DNA from: Marsupella aquatica
Taxonomy: Eukaryota > Plantae > Marchantiophyta
DNA: 64,000 nucleotides
Assembly (NCBI GenBank): GCA_973895155.1
Contig: OZ316899.1
Coordinates: forward strand, 14,015,934 to 14,079,933
Reading direction: 5' to 3'
Shown here: positions 46,453-59,109 of the stretch, piece by piece
How the letters are laid out: each line of letters starts with the position of its first letter
Numbering within the stretch: the stretch's first letter is position 1
The notes under the pieces: generated by a model
Seen by the model: only the letters and a program-made list of their open reading frames with translations
Database searches by the model: none
Told to the model about the DNA's origin: nothing
Translations under genes and position numbers: made by a program

Positions 46453-49395
46453 ATACCAAGGGATCGGCATACAAGCCGATTACGAGGGCAGAACAAATTG
46501 AGGCCCTATTAGAAGCCGAGAGAGCACAGCGGCCTAACTCTCAGGAGCAAGAGGTGGATGAGATGGACAGACACGATCCAGAGCCAAGGCAGGAAGGGGA
46601 GCCGACCACTAATTCAAAACCGAATAGACCGGTAAGGGGACAATCTATGGACACCAAGGAAGGGACCGACTCGGCTAGTCCAGCCGAAATCCCAGTTTAT
46701 GGAGGTATGAGATTAGAGAGACTGGAAGCCGAACTGGACCCGAATTTGAAGAAGCAGATTAATATGATCCAAGCACGGCAATATCGGAAGCTCGACTTAG
46801 GAGAGGGAAGAGAACTGAACTTAGGGAGAAATCTAGCACCTGAGCTCGAGAAAGAGATTAGTGACTTATTGATTGAATTTCAGGATGTGTTTGCATGGAG
46901 TCACCAAGATCTAAAGGGAGTAGATCCAACACTAGGGGAACATCGAATTGATCTCATGCTGGGAGCCAAATCATTCCGACAACCAATTCGAAGGATGAAC
47001 CCGAAGTATTCCCTGCTGGTCAAAACAGAAATCGACAAACTAGTGGAAGCTGGATTCATCACTCCAGTCCTGCATTCAGACTGGGTGTCTCCAATTGTGA
47101 TAGTTCCCAAGAAAGTTGGACCCGATGGTAAACCCAAGATCCGGGTTTGTCAGGATTACAGGAAGCTGAATGAAGCAACATTAAAAGACCATTTTCCTTT
47201 ACCGTTTACTGATATGGTACTAGACATGGTAGCCAGTCATGAACTATATTCATTCATGGATGGATACTCTGGTTATAACCAAATCCGGATTCGGCAGGAA
47301 GACCAAATCAAGACGGCCTTCATCACGGAATGGGGGATCTATGTCTTCAATCGTATGCCGTTTGGACTCTGCAACGCACCAGCTATGTTCCAACGATTAA
47401 TGGTGAACATTTTCCATGATTACTTGAGAAAGTTCATGGAAATCTTCATTGATGACTTTGCAGTATTCGGGAAGGCATCGAAACATGCTAAATACCTCAG
47501 AAAAACCTTCATGAGATGTAGAGAGGTGGGTCTCAAGTTACACCCAGATAAATGTTTTTTTGCAGTAACCGAGGGGGTGCTACTAGGTCACAAGGTATCA
47601 AGGAAGGGCATTGAGATTGACAAAGGTAAGCTAGCAGTATGGCTAGATATCATGCAACCTAAGAACATAAAGGATGTAAGATCCTTCTTGGGATGCATTG
47701 GTTACTATCGCCGGTTCATCAAGGATTTTGCCAAGCTAGCTTTACCATTAACCAATATGCTCAAGGCAGGAGCAGACTTCGAACCCACACCCGAACGAGT
47801 CACAGCGGTGGTAGAATTGAAGCAGATGTTAGTAGAGGCCCCAGTCATGATAGCACCGGACTGGAACAAAGATTTTCATGTTTTTGTAGATGTCTCGGGC
47901 TTCTGTATTGGCTCAGTACTAAGTCAGTTGGATGAGAAAGGAAGGGACCATCCCATATACTTCGCAAGCCGTCAGCTTGCCGATGCCGAACGGAACTACT
48001 CTACCACGGAAAGAGAAGCATTAGGAGTCATTTATTCTTGTAAAAAGTTTAGGCATTATTTACTAGGGTACAAGGTAATCTTTCATACTGATCATGAAAG
48101 TTTGAAGTACCTAGTCAATAAGCCGGACCTTACAGGCAGAGTAGCAAGATGGATTTTGCTATTACAGGAGTTTGACTATGAGCTGAGGATCAAGCCGGGA
48201 AAGTTACATGCCAATGCCGACTTCTTTTCAAGGATCACAGGTAAACCTGCCACGGATTGCATCGATGATCGATTCCCCGACGAGGAGCTATTCGTTGTGG
48301 AAATAGCTGGTACATGGTACCCTGAGATTTTACAATTTCTCAGCACTTCCAGATTACAGCCAGGATTAAGCCGAGAGCAAGCCGCAGTCTTTGTGCGGAA
48401 GGTCAGACAGTATCAGTGCATTAAAGGCATACTGCACAAGCATGGAATCAACGGCACGATTCAAAGATGTTTGGAAAAGAGAGAGGTAAAACGAGTCCTA
48501 CGGGCCATGCATGGAGAGGAGGCCGGAGGACATTTTGCCCCAGTAACCACGTCTAAGAAGATATTAAATGCCGGTTACTGGTGGCCCACCTTGCACAAAG
48601 ATGTCTATCAGTTTATCAAACAATGCGATCCTTGTCAACGAGCGGGAGGACCAAGGGCGTCCACCAGGCATCCACTGCACCCTATTCTACCTCTGGCACC
48701 ATTCGAGAAGTGGGGTATTGATTACATTGGACCTCTGAAACCACTGACCCACCCTCGACGGAACAAGTACATAATCCTGGCTATGGATTATGCAACTAAA
48801 TGGGTAGAGGCCAGACCAACAACGAAGGATGATGCAATTACTACGGCTAGATTCATGTATGAGCAGATCTTCACCAGGTATGGAGCACCCCTAGAATTAG
48901 TTAGTGATAGAGGAACCCATTTTTTGAATGATATAATTAGTCGTTTAAATGAGCAGTATTTAGTTAAACATAGGCCTACTACTCCCTACCATCCAAAGGC
49001 AAACGGGTTGACAGAACGAGCAAACGGAATTATAGGAAAGATATTGAACAAGACAGTAGCTCAGAACAAACTCGATTGGGATGATAAATTGTTTGCTGCT
49101 GTTTTTGCTTACAATCTTGCCTATAAATCCACTACCGGTCATACACCCTTCTTCTTAACCTTTGGACAAGAAGCCCTGGTACCCACGCAACTTGAGATAC
49201 CGACATTTCAAGTTACAATTGAGGAAAGAGCCTCAGCGGAGGAGAGCCTAAAGGAGCGAGAATATAGGTTAGAAGCTTTAGAGGAAGCGAGAATGATTTC
49301 AGCCGAGAGAGTAGAATATAGACAGAATATCATGAAGCAGCAGTATGATAAAAGGTTAAAAGTAGTTAGTATTCATACCGGTGATCTTGTGCTAC
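46359..49395 (+). CDS. C Pol (RT, RNase H, integrase; C-terminus deleted)
   Basis: About 1000 open codons with DHFPLP, MPFGLCNAP, FIDDF, ERNYSTTERE and WGIDYIGP. Fuses to A4 after GDLVLL. Confidence 0.95.
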
Positions 49396-52300
49396 TACTA
49401 CTATTAACATTTTACACACATATACTGGACAGATCCTTCATCGGGTCATGAGATACGTAGCCGGCCTAATATAGGTCTTCCCCTGTCTTCCCCTGTCTTC
49501 CCCTCCGTCTTGTTAGGTATGTTTGGATTCCGCCGCCGGAATGATCCCCAATAGGCTTGGTTAAGCCGCTAAGACCTCTCTCAGCTCGACACATCCAACT
49601 CTCACTCCCCTGCTTACTTTCCTTCCTTCTGTTGATGTGGGCACTCTTCACACAAGTTAATGCGACACACAAATAGCAAAATGACTCATTCTGACTGAGT
49701 CATACCATGCACTTGCCATACAAACAGTACATCTCATACACCAGTTCTGCGAACTAAGCCGTGAGGCCAACTCTATTCAGCTCTTAGGCATGAGGAAACA
49801 TGAATATACACAAGGGTCACTGTATGACTAACCGAGAGCTTCTCGTACTACTTGATCCCAGCCCGGCTGGTGCAAACTAAAAACTTGCTAAAGAAGAGGC
49901 CCTGAGCTCCCCGCTGCCCAGGTACTTATCCTGGTAGTGGATCCGCCATTCTTTGCATCGTAAGCCTAATCTACCTGACAGTAATCTACTTGCCCGAATC
50001 TACCTATGTACAGCAAGGCAGGAGCACAAGTGTTGCTCCTACCAGTGGAACCGCAATCCCACTAAGCTAAGTGTCAGGGCCGCTCCTGGTTCTAATCCTA
50101 ATCCTAAACGTGGAGATCCGCGCCCGCCCTGCCCACTCACGCCTCCTCCCTCCACGTCCGCCCTCCCTAAAAGGAACGGCGCCCTTGCATCGTCACGACA
50201 CCGGTGGTGGATCCTCAATGGACGCCCCCAATACTTCCCCCTCAGCCACTGCCGTTGGCCCGCCTACTGACAGATTACCTGCCCTTGACCGAGTCAACTC
50301 TCCCTCGGCCTGACTGGGTCCACCTTCGGCTTCAGCCTCGACACCGGCCTCGGCAATACCCACGGCTTCGGCCTCAGCCACTCCCACGGCTTCGGCTTCA
50401 GCCACTCCCTCGGCTTCGGCCTCCCCTTCCCCTAGGGTAGTTGGATCCTTAGCCGTGACCCTGTCTGGGGTCGGTGCTGGGTCTACCTCCTTGATCACCA
50501 CGGCCTGTGAAGTCGTATTACTCCTTGACCTTGAAGGTTTCCGCTTCTTCTTCGTTGGTGGCTCGGCATCTGGTCCCTTCCCCTTCCCACTTACTTCCGG
50601 CACTGGTGCAGGTGGCGCGGCCTGTCCTTCGGCAATTACCACCCCTGGTAACTGGTTTGTCCCAACGGGAGATGGATCTGCTGCAGCTAAGCATTTAAAT
50701 ACTGCGGCTTGTTTCTTCAGCCGCTCAGTTTGGTTGTCGGCCCGCCGCTGTAGGTTCTCCATCTTCCTCGTGATTTCCTCCAACTCCTCTTGGGTTTCAT
50801 CCAGGTCCTTACGTGCCCCCTCCAGCTCGTTTTTGGCCTCCTCCTGGTCCCTGTGGGCTTCCTCCAATTCCTTCTTCAAGGTAGCCCTCTCCTCCTGGGT
50901 TGCTCTTAGCTCCTTGTCGAGCTCTGCAATGATGACAGACTCCATCTGATTCATCTTGGCGTAAGTCTGTTCGAGCATCTCGTCCTTCTCCCTTAGGTCG
51001 GCCTTGAAGCTGGCCGTCAGGGACGCAAGCTCCTGCTGCAGCGCCATAATCCCTTGATAGGATTTCCCTAACTCGGCCTCCTTCTGCTCAAGGGCTCCGC
51101 GGATTTTCTCGAGCTCCCCTTTCAACGCCCATTCCTTTCTTTGGGTCTCCGCCATGGCCCGGCTGTTGGCTGTTATGTGGGCCTCCTCTGTATTCTTCAG
51201 CTCTTGCTTCCACTTCTCCCTCTCTTTGATCGTGTCGGCCAACTCTTCCTGCGTCTGAGTCAGTTTATCCTTGATATTCTGATTATCAGCCTGCGCGGTG
51301 TCCAACTGCCCCTGCATGATGTTCAGCTCATGTCGTTTAATCCGCAGTTCATCTTGGGCTTTCTTGGCCGCCCTTAGATCTTCAATCTCGGCTTCCATCC
51401 TCCTAAGCCGCCGAATGACCTCGTCCTTCTTGCTTCTCTCTAAAGCCACCGCTTCTTCTAATTGGTGCTTCTCCAACTGCTCCCTATGGAAAAAGGGTCC
51501 TACCTCCAACTCCTCTCCAAAGATGCCGAGCGCAAGTTCCCCACACATCTCACCATACTCCATGGCTCTATTCTTAGCGTAGGTGGAGTAAGTAGAAGTG
51601 ATCGGCATCGCCCATCGTGGCCTCTGCTTCCAAGCCGTCCTGCGGATCTCTTCAATCGTGGCTAGAGGTTTGCTTCCTTTTTCGGCTAGCCGCCTGATGT
51701 CCTCCGGCCAATCTCCTCCTGGTAAATCCTTTTCCTTAGCCAGGGCGGCCTCCTCTTCCTGCTTGATTCGCTCCTGAAATTCCTGCACCGTCTATTTTAT
51801 GCCGTCGAAGCTCGGGGGGGCAACGTCTGGTGGGGGAGACTCAGGGCTACTCTGCTGGTTGGGGTCCCCTCGCACTACCCTTGGAAGTGTGGGGACAAAC
51901 CGGCCACAGGTCCTTACTCCTGGAACGTGATGGTCCGACCCATAGCCGGAATTATCATGGCTGCAGTCCTCCACTGCCTCCTCTACCTCTTGGACGTCCG
52001 GCTTCTCCCTCTCCTCTTCGTCGGTAGGAGCTTCAGGCAATTCTGCCTCAGATTCAGAGCTTGAGGTTCCCACGTACATTCGAACACCTGGCTTGGATTT
52101 CGGCCTGATTCTCTCCTTGTCTCCAGCAAAGGGGTTTTCTCTTGTGAGCCGGTGTAGGCCTACCTCTGTAGTAGTGTCCTGCATTGTTGCCGTTGCCGTT
52201 GTTGTTGCCGATGCCGATTTCTTTTCTTTCTCCAGTAGTTTCAGTAGACTCTGCATGCCTGGTTGCTGCATCGGCAAGTCCTCCTTCCTGGGCCTAAACA

Positions 52301-53931
52301 CCTGCTCGATCGTAGGACTAACAGGTGGTTGAGGCTTCTCAACCAACGGCCTCGGCGTTGGAGCTTCCTCGGGTGCCCTTACCTGCAGGGGAAGTACCGG
52401 GGCAAAAGTCTAACCTCTGGCATACCGGCACAACAGCGGCATGTGATAGCCAAGCCGCGACACGCTCCCCATGCCGATTACCTGCTGCTCCTCCTTTAAG
52501 ATCTTCTTCAATTGGTTGAGGAGGTACCCGTTGTAGTCCCGGCTTGGGTCTGGCCTTTCTGCCAGATAGACCTGTGCCTTGCCGATCTCTGCCCTCGGCA
52601 AGTTACAATGCATGGTCACCCGCAAGAAGTCGATCATCTCTCCTATGTGCGGGTTGGTGCAGGTGTTCCGGAAGAAGCCATTCTTCGTTGATGGCCCGGG
52701 GAACGACCGGAACTCCTTGTCAGGCAAGGTCTTCCTGGTATCAACTTTGGTCTTATTGCCTATCGGCAGGCCAAACACTTCGGCAATTACCTTGGGAGTA
52801 AGATAGAAATCCTTCCCATATATCCTCGTGCAATTGGTCTCGGGTTCCCATGACCCCACAAATTCTAATAGGTCTGACTCCGGTACCTCCGGCTTCAGCC
52901 ATGGTAATCTTACAAAGGCCTCCAAGCCGGATCCGGCCATGAAGCCTTGGTACTTCTTGGTCTGCATGGCCGTAAAGCATGCATCCTCCTCCCGTGCAAA
53001 ATGTAGTTGCACCTCCACCGGTAGGGTTGCCGCCCAGCCCTTCCAGGTGTCATCCCTGGTTGGAATGGCCTTGATGGGATCGACCTCCTCTTCTTCGGCT
53101 TCTCCCTGCCTCCTGCTCTGCTGCTCGGCTGGCTTCTTTGGTGCCGCCGATCTCGTTCTTTTTGCCGGGGTGGCTTCATCGTTGACGGCTCCCTTCCTCT
53201 TCATCTCTGCTGCCGTGGAGGTTTCTCCTAGCACCATTGCTTGGGTCCACCTTTCCGTGCTACCCTTTAATTCCCAGTGTATGTCGTTGCAGTTCTTGAT
53301 GGCCTCTCGGATGCCGACGACGCTGTCTTTGCAAAACAGAAGATCGTCGAGTTGATTGGAAGTAGGCGCCCACAGGAACTCGTCCTTGATGAGTTCGCCT
53401 CCTAAGAAAGCCGTCGTCTGCAGCTCCCACAATCGAGCGAGCTCCTGCCGTTCTCTAGCTGCCCTTTCTGATTCCTCGTCCTCGTAAGTCTTGATGTACT
53501 CAGTTGCCCGTTCGAACAGGCATCCCCAGAAATGTGCCGCTTGATTGACGTTGCTCATACCCTCCTTAGGTTGATCGTCGGTATCTACTCTCTCCCCGAG
53601 TGCTTGCCTAAGCAGCTGACAGTAGTTGGCCTCCCGTAGTCGTCTGCCTAGTTCGTGCTCGCAAATGAGCCACTATTTCCTGCAAGCGCTCCTTACCCCT
53701 CTCCTTTGCCGGTCCTTCTTCCCGTTGATCCTTCCTAGCCGCCGACGCTTAACGCGCCCTAACCCTAATCGGGTTTTCACCCTTAGCCTTACCTCCGGCC
53801 TCGGCCCGGGTTCCATGGTTGCCCCTAATTGTTTATATTTTCCTTGTTTTGTCACTATACTAAGGTGTTCCTAGGGTGCCTTCCTGCTTTACCCACTTAA
53901 CCGGCCGAGTGATTCCTGTCTAGGCATCACA
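49392..53931 (-). mobile_element. Family A copy 4, lacking about 120 bp at the left terminus
   Basis: Matches A1 from CTACTACTACTATTAAC to GGCATCACA (53931). The left end and TSD were lost with the end of C integrase. Confidence 0.9.
50193..53816 (-). pseudogene. Family A accessory ORF, disrupted
   Basis: Homologous to 2761-6396. CAG>TAG stops at 52410 and 51792, plus a TGG>TAG stop at 53673. Confidence 0.85.
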
Positions 53932-55677
53932 ATAACAGACACTGAGGTGGCCAGGGACGTGAATAATTTACGAACCCAAGTAGAGAAGGCGGTTCAGACG
54001 ATGGAGCACCTAGCAAACGAGAACCAACAACTCCGAGCAGTAGGTGATGCCAATCTAGAACAATGGCTACATGAGATACATAACTTTTCCATTCGGAAAT
54101 GGGAATGCTGCAACGGGTTCAATAAAACATGTAAAGAACCCATAGAGATGGATGAGATGATTGGCCTTCTGACCTATAAAACCATAATCAATACCCGAAC
54201 AAATAGCCGGGAGTCGGGGCCGACAATCGTGACCCCCAGGGAACTGGATACGCTGTGGGCGGACGTACCAATGAGGATCCGATATATGCTACCTTTCCTT
54301 GTATGGTCCGAATCCATCCTATTCTTGAACTATGAGGCCTTATACTTTCGACTAGGAGGGAGAGCCAATAGCCGAGTGATGGGTATCCTTCTCTCTGAAT
54401 TGGACCGAGAGTTTGACAATGCCGATGGGATCTGGGCCCTTCCGGAGATCACAGACCCGGAACTTCTACCACGCAAAAGATAGCGGGCTCATAGTTTATC
54501 GTTAATGGAAGCCATCTTCCCGATCATTCCGGCTATAATGAGAAAATGGGCCGCGAGGGAAGTAAGAGTTAGCAAAGGCGCATACACCTTACCACGTCTA
54601 GCCACATTTTTATATTTAGCCGAGTGGAGGGAGCCTTTTTGGCCTTTACGTTCGGAATCAGTTTGCGTGTCGCATGAATGGATGAGTTTTGTAGGTCTTA
54701 CCGTCCTGCCTCAGGTGGCTCATGAGGCAATGTCCCATTTTTACAGTATGAAGAAGGAGCCTCTTGTTTTAGCTAGTGAGCTGGACAACCTACAACGGTT
54801 AGACGAGTTCCCATTTCCCGCGGCGGACTTGGAGCACCGTGCTCTGTCACAGACGAGTTGGTGGGAAGATCTGATGCCCATGGAAGATGTGATGAGGTGG
54901 ATGGAAAGATCTGTTCAGTCTAGAGAATTAGGAGCGTATTTCGGCCCATACGTGGGGTGGGCACCAAGAGAACCGCCAGCAGGGTTTTTAAGAGAGGAAG
55001 CAGGACCAGGTCGCCGCGGAGTATGGGGGGTGTACATCAAGGGGACCACACGACAGATCTACTACTCGATCTGGCATCATCACCCTGCCGTAAGAATTAG
55101 TATGTCGGGAGCAAAAACGGTAGGCGATGAAGCGCATCACGTACCAATGATGAAGTGGGTGAGCGATATTCACAAAAGGAAGATCAATCAACGAGTGCTA
55201 CTCGATCCCCGGATCTTTAAATGGTATTGCCTAGCGCAGAGTCTGAAACAATTGTTGATAGGAAACAGTAGAGCTGCAGAGGTCAAGATTGGGCGAGATG
55301 GAACTATGGGATGTGGCGGCCAAGTTATTTGGGCCATATTTGCCCAAGCAGGGCCGTCGCTTGTTAGGATGTATAATCTATGTATTGCTTCCCAGTTCTT
55401 CAGAGGGGAAGATCCGATACTCAGAATAGGAGCCATTGATGGAGTGAGCATATTATATATTGTAGTCCAAGATCCGGAAGCCGAAGATCCTCAAGGAGAT
55501 TTTGAAAGTATATTTGCCAAACACGAGTTGGAGGTCATGTATCTTTCTGATGTCATTGCAGGAGAGACTCCGAGAATGAGAGAAATCTGGAGGCATCAAC
55601 ATAGAAATTGGCTCCACCAATAGAGAAGAATGGAGCTGGCCTACATGAGACAGGCGGCCTCTGAATATATCGAGTGA
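53932..55677 (+). pseudogene. Unknown accessory ORF 3' of C pol (at least 580 codons, 5'-truncated)
   Basis: ORFs 53947-54483 and 54505-55623 are in one frame, separated by a single TAG. The frame is open from the A4 junction and continues 17 codons past the TAG at 55621. Confidence 0.6.
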
Positions 55678-57615
55678 TTGGGCCGACAAAGATTTTTGTC
55701 TTGCATGTGTACTAGGGTATGACGAGGAGTGAGTAAACTCGATAGAAACTTCAGGGCTTGATGCAGCACAACCCTTGGAATTTGTGTAATTGTGTGTCAG
55801 AATGTCTACATACAATCATGTCATGTCATGTCATGTCGCGCAATGCTTATGCACATCCCCAAATATATGCTTTCCCCCGTATGTTTGACCCGCGCAGTCT
55901 TGGATTAAGGCCTCAACAACAGCATGGGACGAACACCGCGAGTTGATGTTTACTATTTCATTCAATGAGTGCGATAGTAGCATGAAAAGAAGCACGCACG
56001 CACTATAGGATTAGCAGTGAGTGGCGACCGTAATGAGAGAGCAATAATGAAGAAGCAGTGGCCATTTTTCCCCGAAAGCTCCCCCAAACCAAGCTACGCA
56101 GCAAGGAATCATTGTTATTGTTTACTGAAACTTGATTCCCTCATATTATAAGGATGCCAACCAATCCCCATCAACCTAAACAACAATCGTGTCATTCATG
56201 TCCAACCAACATTGGATTCGTGCTTTTTAGCACGAAATTAGGATGTTGGTTGGAAAGCAGTTCACGCATGGCAGGCCTTTCCTCCCTGCTGGTAATCACA
56301 CATCAAAATGTGGCTGCACTCATTGATTGAAAGGAAAAAACTAGGATTATCACGGTATGCAGGGGTGTCGTACATGTCATATTTTGATGTGCAGTTACCA
56401 AGACTTGCCTTTCCTGCTTCACCCGGGAGTTGGCAACAATTTGAGGGGATGTCCTGAGATTTGAAAATGCTCCGGAAATCATTCATTTCACACGCATCCG
56501 GGCACATAAATGAACACCATTTGGGCAAGCTTTCTACATTTTAAAAACAACATGCGGGAACCCGATTGCATGCATTAATTCCTTCGTGTCTTCCAGAGAC
56601 TCGGACTTTAATTTATGGGCAATTTTGCCCAACAAACATCCGCAGCCACCCGTGATGTAGAGCGTCAGAGGCTAATCAATTTGTCCCCTCCCTCGCGGGG
56701 CCAGACCCGACACCTGCTGCCTCTACAAAACTACACCAAAGATCCGCAGGCTTTGCAAGCCCCTCCCACTATGTAACATCTCACTGAAGGCCATCCCCTT
56801 CACAGGCTACTTCCCGGCCAAATCTTGCATAGCAGGGGCGTACATGGAGATGTCAGGTTATTTAAGAAGAACATTTTCATACAACAGATGATCAAAACTT
56901 GAGATATATGGAAATCTCGAGAAGTTGGACGCAACGGAGAGAAACCGGATTCAGAGAAAGTATGAGTAGAAGATGGGCCCGATATTTTGGAGTAACCAAT
57001 TGACGCTACTCAAAGCTCAACAGTCAGCAACACTCTTAACCAAGCTCCTGAGGAAAAGATTACTTTGAGGCAGTTGATTCCGGCTGTACACTCGCCCACA
57101 AAAATGTCGAGCGTTGAAATTCCACTGGGCACGGACTACCTCACGAAGAGACAAAGAGGTTGTCGACTCGCAATAGGTTAAGGAGCATTGGATGCAAAGT
57201 ACATGTAGAGCAGCCCACAAGGTTGCCAATTATGCACTTCCCGAAGATGCGCTCGCCAAATTTACCTTGCGCATCGGTGGTGTCCGTGAAATAACCTGCA
57301 ATACATCTTCAACTGTGAATGATCCAGTGCATTGAATTGACACATGGTTGCTCATTACATATCGGTTGCATGTTATTCTACAAAGTCATGCAACCTGCAA
57401 TACAGGAAAATTACAGACGAAAGCAACTCCTGCCCATAGCTGATCCCGAGCGCTGAAAAAATAAAAACATGTGCTGGCCGCAAGCATGCTTTTTGATCAG
57501 CTCCTGTGTGACTTCACCGTCTTCACTTATTATAAACATACGAAGAGGTTTTCATGCAATCAAATACGCCAATGTGTGGGATGGATAGGTTACGGAACCA
57601 ACATCATTGCGCATA

Positions 57616-59109
57616 AGTGGTGGACCTCGCCACCCAGCGCCCTCACCAATCCCAGCACTTGCGCCTAAGTGCCCTTGGTGCCCGAACGCCTCCATGGAAT
57701 ACCTCGAGCAAGCATCCAAGTGCCTCTAGCACCTCCTACGGCCACTCCCATATGAAGTCACACTTGCTCACCTACATGACCGCTACTCAACGGTCCTCAC
57801 TGTCTGCACAAACAGCCAAGCATCTCGATAAGTAATCCCTCCAGATCTAGAACTCGCCCAGTCTAGCATCCTAACTCAAGCTCAACAAACGTTGGTAAAT
57901 AGGTCAGCGATAGGTCCTCCCGATGCCATAAGCCGGAACCAAAACCCACGCCCACTGTCCATCCAGGACAGCTCCTTCCTTGGGCGCGGCCCGGGTTCCC
58001 CCTCGTACTTATCCATCACCAACTGACCGCCCTGACCTCAGGACATGCTCATGGCCCAAATAGCGTAGCTTGTCCTAAAGCTTGTCCCAAGCTTGTCTCA
58101 AGCTTGTCTCAACACGCCGGGACCAGAACGGCCCCGACTCTAACAACCGCTCCCGGTTTGCCCCACTGATGGTCTAGGGACCGAGTGCCCTTGGGACGCA
58201 GCATCCATACTACTTGGCCTTGCCTCCCCAACGCAAGCTCCCTAGGGAGGCTGAACGCGGCTTGGCTGCTATTCGACAGGATTTGGCAAACGGGTGAGCT
58301 AACACCCACAAACCACGAGAACCCATGGCACCCCCAGACCCATCTGAGCTCAGGAGGGTGAGCCCTCCTCAAGAGCTTTCCAACGCACCCAAGAAGTCCT
58401 CCAATGGATTTCCCGTTGGGAAGATATCGCCATTTCCGTTTGGCGGTTTCCCTTAGTGTCACGACTTCGGCACGGACCCCCGATCGGCCCAACCTGGATC
58501 GGGCCACAACTTGTGCCCCAAGCGTCCATTGCCAATGGCGTCAACTCCATTGGCCTTGGGCCCAAGCGGAGCTCACTCCCAAGCCCTCAGAACTCAAAGC
58601 CCATCCGACGGTCCGGACGGCCATCCTTGAGCCCGGCCCATTTGCCCTTGACCCGACCAGCCATAGGCTAGTCCAAGTCCTTTGTGTGTGTCCCCAGCTT
58701 GGCCCCTCGCCTCGCTAGTGCCATGTCTCATTGCCCACAAGTCTCCCCGTGCTAAGTCCTCCCCAGATGGCCTATCCAGGCCTGGACCATAAGGGAGCTC
58801 GGCGTTGGAGTCAGCGACGTCGGAGTCAGCAACGTCGGAGTCAGCAACGCTGGAGCTAAGTGTTAAGGTAGTCGAGTTCCGCAACTCCGGCCCATTTCCC
58901 CTTGACCCAACCAGCCATAGGCTAGTCCAAGTCCTTAGTTTGTGTCCCCAACTTGGCCCCTTGCCTCGCCAGTGCCAGTCTCATTGCCCACAAGTTTCCC
59001 CATGCTAAGTCCTCCCCGGATGGCCTATCCGGGCCTGGACCATAAGGGAGCTAGGTGTCGAAGTCAGCGACGCCGGAGCTAAGTGTTAAGGTAGTCGAGT
59101 TCCGCGACT
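57616..59109. mobile_element. Family D copy 2 (1494 bp, AGT...ACT ends)
   Basis: AGTGGTGGACC...GTTCCGCGACT. Flanks GCATA/TCATA (5-bp TSD, 1 mismatch). Reverse match to D1. Confidence 0.85.
58633..59109. repeat. Tandem duplication (about 220-250 bp) of the D terminal region, with an internal 15-bp repeat
   Basis: CCGGCCCATTT.CCCTTGACCC...GGTAGTCGAGTTCCGC occurs twice. GGAGTCAGC(G/A)ACGTC x3 at about 58807-58851. Confidence 0.85.

Larger units (their letters stand above)
43918..55677 (+). mobile_element. Family C Ty3/Gypsy internal region (5'-truncated; LTRs not identified), interrupted by A4
   Basis: Gag-pro and pol ORFs related to B but distinct, followed after A4 by a further same-strand ORF. 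Assignment of that ORF to C is inferred. Confidence 0.7.

Noticed and set aside
49392-53931. A4 as the 3' LTR of element C
   Set aside because: Homology with the B LTR (start TGTGATGCC, ORF sense, 3' hairpin) orients A4 antisense to C, and C-like coding sequence resumes after it. Not fully excluded.
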